Source: Candidatus Nitrosopelagicus sp.
GTDB lineage: Archaea > Thermoproteota > Nitrososphaeria > Nitrososphaerales > Nitrosopumilaceae
NCBI GenBank assembly: GCA_028345095.1
Contig: JAOMCQ010000004.1
Coordinates: 12,407 to 76,406 of the forward strand
Reading direction: 5' to 3'
Length of the DNA: 64,000 nt
This document shows, in pieces, positions 59,839 to 64,000 of the stretch. The position numbers and the translations under genes were made by a program. The first letter of the stretch is position 1, and every line of letters starts with the position of its first letter. The notes under the pieces were generated by a model that saw only the letters and a program-made list of their open reading frames with translations, was not told where the DNA came from and did not search any database.

Positions 59839-59938
59839 CGCCGGGAGAGGGATTTGAACCCCCGTGTGCAGAGCACAGACGCTATCCTGTTTTGAGATTT
59901 CGAGGCGTCCGCCTTGGACCAAGCTTGGCTATCCCGAC
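59839..59938 (-). tRNA. tRNA-Ser(CGA) with a 15-nt intron at 37/38 (59884-59898)
   Basis: GTCGGGA/TCCCGGC acceptor stem, GACGC/GCGTC anticodon stem, long variable arm, GTTCAAATC T-loop, G discriminator. Confidence 0.93.
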
Positions 59939-60009
59939 ATGCAAAGTAAGAATTTCTAGTATAAAATCGAATCAGTAAATAAAAAAACCAGCAAATACTG
60001 AATTATAGT

Positions 60010-61032
60010 ATGGGATTAGATCTAAAACCTCTACTAGTTAGAGAGAAAACACAGCTTGAATCATTTTCAAATAAGATCGTAGCAATTGATGCGTATAATG
60101 CAATCTATCAATTTTTAGCAATAATTAGAGGACCTGAAGGATTACATCTAACAGACTCACAAGGACGTGTTACAAGTCATATTACAGGATTATTGTTTAG
60201 AAACATAAATTTTCTTACAATGGGAATAAAACCAGTTTATGTATTTGATGGAAAACCACCTTCACTAAAATCAGCAGAGATTGAAAAAAGAAAACAAATT
60301 AAAAAAGAAGCAACAGTGAAATACGAAAAAGCAATATCATCAGGAAACATGGAGGATGCAAGAAAGTTTGCACAACAAACCACATCAATGAGAGATGGAA
60401 TGGTAGAAGATTCAAAAAAATTATTAGACTTATTTGGAATACCACACATACAAGCACCGTCAGAAGGCGAAGCAACAGCTGCAAACCTTACAATTACAGG
60501 ACAAGCATTTGCATCAGCAAGTCAAGATTTTGATTCAATTTTATTTGGTGCCAAAAGACTTGTTAGAAACTTTACAAATAGTGGAAGAAGAAAGCTACCA
60601 AATAGAAATTCATACATCGAAGTTTTACCTGAAATAATTGAATTTCAAAAAAATCTAGACAGTATGGGATTAAACAGAGAAGAACTAGTTGATGTTGGAA
60701 TTTTAATTGGTACTGATTTTAATCCAGACGGATTTGAACGTGTGGGTCCAAAAACAGCAATCAAGATGATTAAACAACATAAAAGACTAGAAGACATACC
60801 GCAAATTCAAGAACAATTAGAAAATATCCCTTTTGATCAAATAAGAAAAATTTTTCTCGAACCAAATGTAGCTAAAATAGATAAAATTGAGTTTGGGGAA
60901 ACAGACTATGAGGGAATAGTGACATACCTATCAGAGGAACGAGATTTTTCAAGAGATAGAGTTGAAACATCGCTTAACAGATTAAAAAAGAATCTTGAAA
61001 AAAAGAGTCAGACATTAGATCAGTTCTTTTAA
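60010..61032 (+). CDS. fen: Flap endonuclease 1
   Basis: [30 protein letters not shown]; C-terminal PIP-like SQTLDQFF. Confidence 0.97.
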   Translation: MGLDLKPLLVREKTQLESFSNKIVAIDAYNAIYQFLAIIRGPEGLHLTDSQGRVTSHITGLLFRNINFLTMGIKPVYVFDGKPPSLKSAEIEKRKQIKKEATVKYEKAISSGNMEDARKFAQQTTSMRDGMVEDSKKLLDLFGIPHIQAPSEGEATAANLTITGQAFASASQDFDSILFGAKRLVRNFTNSGRRKLPNRNSYIEVLPEIIEFQKNLDSMGLNREELVDVGILIGTDFNPDGFERVGPKTAIKMIKQHKRLEDIPQIQEQLENIPFDQIRKIFLEPNVAKIDKIEFGETDYEGIVTYLSEERDFSRDRVETSLNRLKKNLEKKSQTLDQFF

Positions 61033-61165
61033 TTAGTAGATGTACATAAATTGAATAATTGGTCAGTCTGGGAATATATTGAATACCAGACATTCCATCT
61101 CGTGTTGATGGACTTGCTGAGTACCAATTTCTAAACTATAAATCAACTAACATTTCAGTATAGGT

Positions 61166-61384
61166 ATGACAGAAAATGAACAAATCAAGCATGATTTACT
61201 ATTGAACATCAAGAGATTAGAAGGCATACTAGAAAGAATTGACAAATTTTGTCACAATTATGATCAAGAGAAGACTGAGGCTTCAGTAACAGTTCTGAAG
61301 ATAAAAAGTGCAATGGAAAATCTTCGTGATGTAATTCCTGAAATGAGTAAAGATGCAGAAGCCATAGATCAAGAAAAAGATTAA
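61166..61384 (+). CDS. Small helical hypothetical protein
   Basis: 72-aa ORF with TATAAA about 25 nt upstream. Confidence 0.65.
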   Translation: MTENEQIKHDLLLNIKRLEGILERIDKFCHNYDQEKTEASVTVLKIKSAMENLRDVIPEMSKDAEAIDQEKD

Positions 61385-61408
61385 CTATGCAATCTATTTT
61401 GAAAACTC

Positions 61409-61582
61409 ATGAGTTATGAAGATGACGTAGATGTTTACGGGGAATGTAGAAATTTTATCAAATTTTGTAAAGAACAGGGAATTCAAGTTACATCTGAGGC
61501 AGTAGCAACTGTTTGGGCTGCATTTCAGACTAATGTAGCATTAGATGAAGATGAAGAAGAAGCAACACTAGATGATTACTAA
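61409..61582 (+). CDS. 57-aa acidic hypothetical protein (not in ORF track)
   Basis: MSYEDDVDVYGECRNFIKFCKEQGIQVTSEAVATVWAAFQTNVALDEDEEEATLDDY. Confidence 0.6.
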   Translation: MSYEDDVDVYGECRNFIKFCKEQGIQVTSEAVATVWAAFQTNVALDEDEEEATLDDY

Positions 61583-61605
61583 CAATACTTTAGTTACAAA
61601 ATAGT

Positions 61606-61797
61606 TTAGTTTACTTGAATTACTCCAACTTTTACAAGAAACTCAATTCCTTTAACAAATGAATTATCATCAATTTCACCTTGAGCCCACCAATCTGCAT
61701 TGTTTTTTACCCATAAAGGAATAACTTGTGTAGACTCTGTAGCAGAGCTCTTAACAGAATCAATAGAAATTATCTCTTCTTTTATTAGAAATTTCAT
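61606..61797 (-). pseudogene. Orphaned C-terminal IPxWxKNNAxWW repeat module of a secreted protein
   Basis: IPLWVKNNADWWAQGEIDDNSFVKGIEFLVKVGVI, preceded by the tail of a previous repeat (KFLIKEEII); no signal peptide. Confidence 0.65.
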
Positions 61798-64000
61798 TTT
61801 CTTAATCTCCTTTTTATTACTAGTATCAAACTTGCAGGGGCTACAAAGTACATTCCAATGTTTAATAGAATTATTCCAATTCCATAACCTAGCATCTCTT
61901 CTTCAGAATCAATCTCGACGTAGTTAAGCAATGTGAGAGAAGTGAGAAGTGGAGATAATGTTACTTTAACTACTTCTTTGAAAACAAGATTTTCTCTTTC
62001 ATAGTCTGCTACATATGGTGAAAATGAATAGTAAAATTGGTTGAATCCAGTCATGAAACTAGCACCTGATTGTGTGTTCATGACAGTTTCATCTCTTATC
62101 TCTCTCAAGAATTGAACTTGTGGTGCCATCTCAGAACCAAATGCTGCAGTTGCAATTAGACATCCACCACCTTCAGAAGATTGTGATGTTTGTTCTTCAG
62201 AAGATTGTGATGTTTGTTCTTCAGAAGATTCAGTTGGAGCGTTGATAGAACTAGTATAAATCGGAGCAGAGGTATCATTCTCATCTTGTAGATTAATTGA
62301 TGTGCTAACAATTTTTGGTATACCATCTACTGTAACACTTGCAAAAATCTCATATTGACCTAAGATGAATTTAGCTGGTATGTTCAAGTCAAAAGAGAAA
62401 TTTCCCTCGGCAGGTAAAGTTCTAATTAATATTGTCTTTCCAGTAGGATCTTTTACCTGTAATGAAAGATTTTTCTCAGATGTTATACCTGAGACTTTTA
62501 CAACTTGTCCATGAATATAAGAATCCGAATCAGTCTTTATAGGGAAATCAGATACGGCAAAGGCTGTTGGGAATAGGAACTGCATTTGAAGAGTTTGATA
62601 AAAATGCATTAGAAGATTCTCAGCTGTGACAGTTATGGTTCCTGAAATCCAAGGATTAATCATGTCAAAATATTGATAAATTCCAGGTTGTGCAAAGTCT
62701 ACAGAAAATTCTTCATTAATCTTAAAACCAAATTCAAATTTGCCATCTGGACCGTTAGTTACATTTCCACTAACTATTGATGTAGTAAATGGTGTTGCAG
62801 CCCAGGTGATAGGTTCGTTTACCATTACTTGTGCATGATATGGTGAAAGACAGCTCTTTGTTACATCACACGTAGCAGAGTTAGCAAGTGGAGATATTAT
62901 TATCTCATCAGTGATTACAGGAGTTTCATCTGTTGTGACAGATTCAGTCTCCATTACATTTGATATATCTTGAGATTGGGATTCAATGTAATCCCCGGTA
63001 ACAGTAATCTTTCCAATCATCCAAGGATGAACCATACAAAAGTAATCATGTATTCCTTCATCTTCAAATGTCCATGCAAATGAATTTCCAGGCATCATTA
63101 AACCACTATCAAAGAAACCATCAGGTCCATTTGCAGGTCCTTTGCCGCTAGTTGTAGTATGTGGTGCAGAGTCATCATTTTTCCAAACTACAGTTCCTCC
63201 TGGATTGATAATTCCATTAGAAGGAACAAAACAATCAGGCTCACAACCAGGAATACCAGAACCTGGAATGTTGCGTATTATTAATTCAGAAACGGAGGAT
63301 TCAGGAGCAGAGTCTATTATACTAGAACCAGGCAATGTAGGAACTGTTACCGACATTGGGGGTGGAGTGATAATAGAATCAGGATTGGCATTCCAATTGA
63401 TGTACTTCCAAGGGATTGTGTATGTTCCAGCCTCTACATTCTCTGGAAGAGGTACACTCCAGGAATTACTGCTAGAGAAACAATACGAAGAATCAATACC
63501 GTCAGTACCTCCATCACAACGACCTCCATGATTATTCTCACTAAATATCAGATCAGTTGAGGTACAACTTGGGAATAGATCACAACCAAAGATTACACCG
63601 CTTTGATAGAAATCAGATGAAGTTTTAATATCAAGTGTTCTTCCGGTAGGAGATGTAGAGTTTAGATATACAGAAGCAGTTAGCGTTGGTTTACATGCTT
63701 CTAACCATTCAACATCTCTGCTATCAGATGTTGATGTACAGTCAAAAGATTCGTCAATAGGCTCCAAAACTGCCACTACGAAACTTTTCTCAACGCTTGA
63801 GCCACTATCGTCAGTTACTTGACACATTACAGTATGTCCAGTTGTTGGTATAGGAGGACGAACTGGGAATAGATGATTAAACTGGTAACCTACAATACCA
63901 GGTCCATTTTCATCTATAGGATTTCCATTTAGATCTAGTGTTTTTTGTGTTGGAACTGATTCGAGATTAACAAAACATTGTGGCGTTAACCCTTTATCCA
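61794..64000 (-). CDS. Large surface protein: HYR-like domain, cupredoxin domain(s), Ig-like domain, CFI-box-CTERM anchor (5' end beyond window)
   Basis: Frame open from 63827 to the window edge; W.N.DSAPHTTTSG...YFCMVHPWMIG type-1 Cu site; degenerate second copy YFDMINPWISG; GGGCLIATAAFGSEMAPQVQFLRE plus TM and basic tail. Confidence 0.88.
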   Translation of the reverse strand, partial: DKGLTPQCFVNLESVPTQKTLDLNGNPIDENGPGIVGYQFNHLFPVRPPIPTTGHTVMCQVTDDSGSSVEKSFVVAVLEPIDESFDCTSTSDSRDVEWLEACKPTLTASVYLNSTSPTGRTLDIKTSSDFYQSGVIFGCDLFPSCTSTDLIFSENNHGGRCDGGTDGIDSSYCFSSSNSWSVPLPENVEAGTYTIPWKYINWNANPDSIITPPPMSVTVPTLPGSSIIDSAPESSVSELIIRNIPGSGIPGCEPDCFVPSNGIINPGGTVVWKNDDSAPHTTTSGKGPANGPDGFFDSGLMMPGNSFAWTFEDEGIHDYFCMVHPWMIGKITVTGDYIESQSQDISNVMETESVTTDETPVITDEIIISPLANSATCDVTKSCLSPYHAQVMVNEPITWAATPFTTSIVSGNVTNGPDGKFEFGFKINEEFSVDFAQPGIYQYFDMINPWISGTITVTAENLLMHFYQTLQMQFLFPTAFAVSDFPIKTDSDSYIHGQVVKVSGITSEKNLSLQVKDPTGKTILIRTLPAEGNFSFDLNIPAKFILGQYEIFASVTVDGIPKIVSTSINLQDENDTSAPIYTSSINAPTESSEEQTSQSSEEQTSQSSEGGGCLIATAAFGSEMAPQVQFLREIRDETVMNTQSGASFMTGFNQFYYSFSPYVADYERENLVFKEVVKVTLSPLLTSLTLLNYVEIDSEEEMLGYGIGIILLNIGMYFVAPASLILVIKRRLRK
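62171..62230. repeat. 2.5 x 24-bp tandem repeat encoding SSEEQTSQ linker
   Basis: CTTCAGAAGATTGTGATGTTTGTT twice plus partial copy. Confidence 0.9.

Larger units (their letters stand above)
55563..59850. mobile_element. Integrated ~4.3-kb element in tRNA-Ser(CGA): integrase + HUH Rep + spindle-virus-like capsid protein
   Basis: 12-bp direct repeat CGCCGGGAGAGG at both ends, one copy being the tRNA 3' end; integrase next to the tRNA. Confidence 0.9.

Noticed and set aside
60010-61032. fen as part of the mobile element
   Set aside because: It lies outside the att repeats, on the other side of the tRNA, and is a typical host core gene
61057-61129. Hammerhead ribozyme
   Set aside because: Three-stem shape and CTGA are present, but the CUGAnGA/GAAA core is not
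1-64000. CRISPR array, rRNA or recognisable defence system
   Set aside because: No regularly spaced repeats, no long GC-rich rRNA-like segment and no cas or restriction-modification motifs seen by eye

Overview
AT-rich chromosomal segment of a marine ammonia-oxidising archaeon (Nitrosopumilales, Nitrosopelagicus/Nitrosopumilus-like; inferred from gene content and leaderless TATA-ATG spacing). Positions 1-55.5 kb are mostly housekeeping genes: purK/purE, ilvA, gatCAB-aspS, purP, aRF1, ilvD, trpEGDCBA, pyrG, thrS, metG, ahcY, nadE, cysS, ribosomal and RNA polymerase genes, and tRNA-Phe. Many unannotated micro-ORFs, often Cys-rich, and several structured intergenic segments lie among them. The main discovery is a ~4.3-kb element (55563-59850) integrated in the 3' end of an intron-containing tRNA-Ser(CGA) and bounded by a 12-bp direct repeat. 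It encodes a tyrosine integrase, an IS91/SNJ1-type HUH rolling-circle Rep, small Zn-finger proteins and an 87-aa two-helix hydrophobic protein that looks like a spindle-shaped-virus major capsid protein. No other virion or packaging gene is recognisable, so it is a candidate minimal provirus or capsid-encoding satellite of thaumarchaeal spindle-shaped viruses. At the right end, a cupredoxin surface-protein gene appears chimeric: its IPxWxKNNAxWW C-terminal module seems to have been displaced by an inserted CFI-box-CTERM gene. All family assignments come from motif recognition by eye; no database searches were run.
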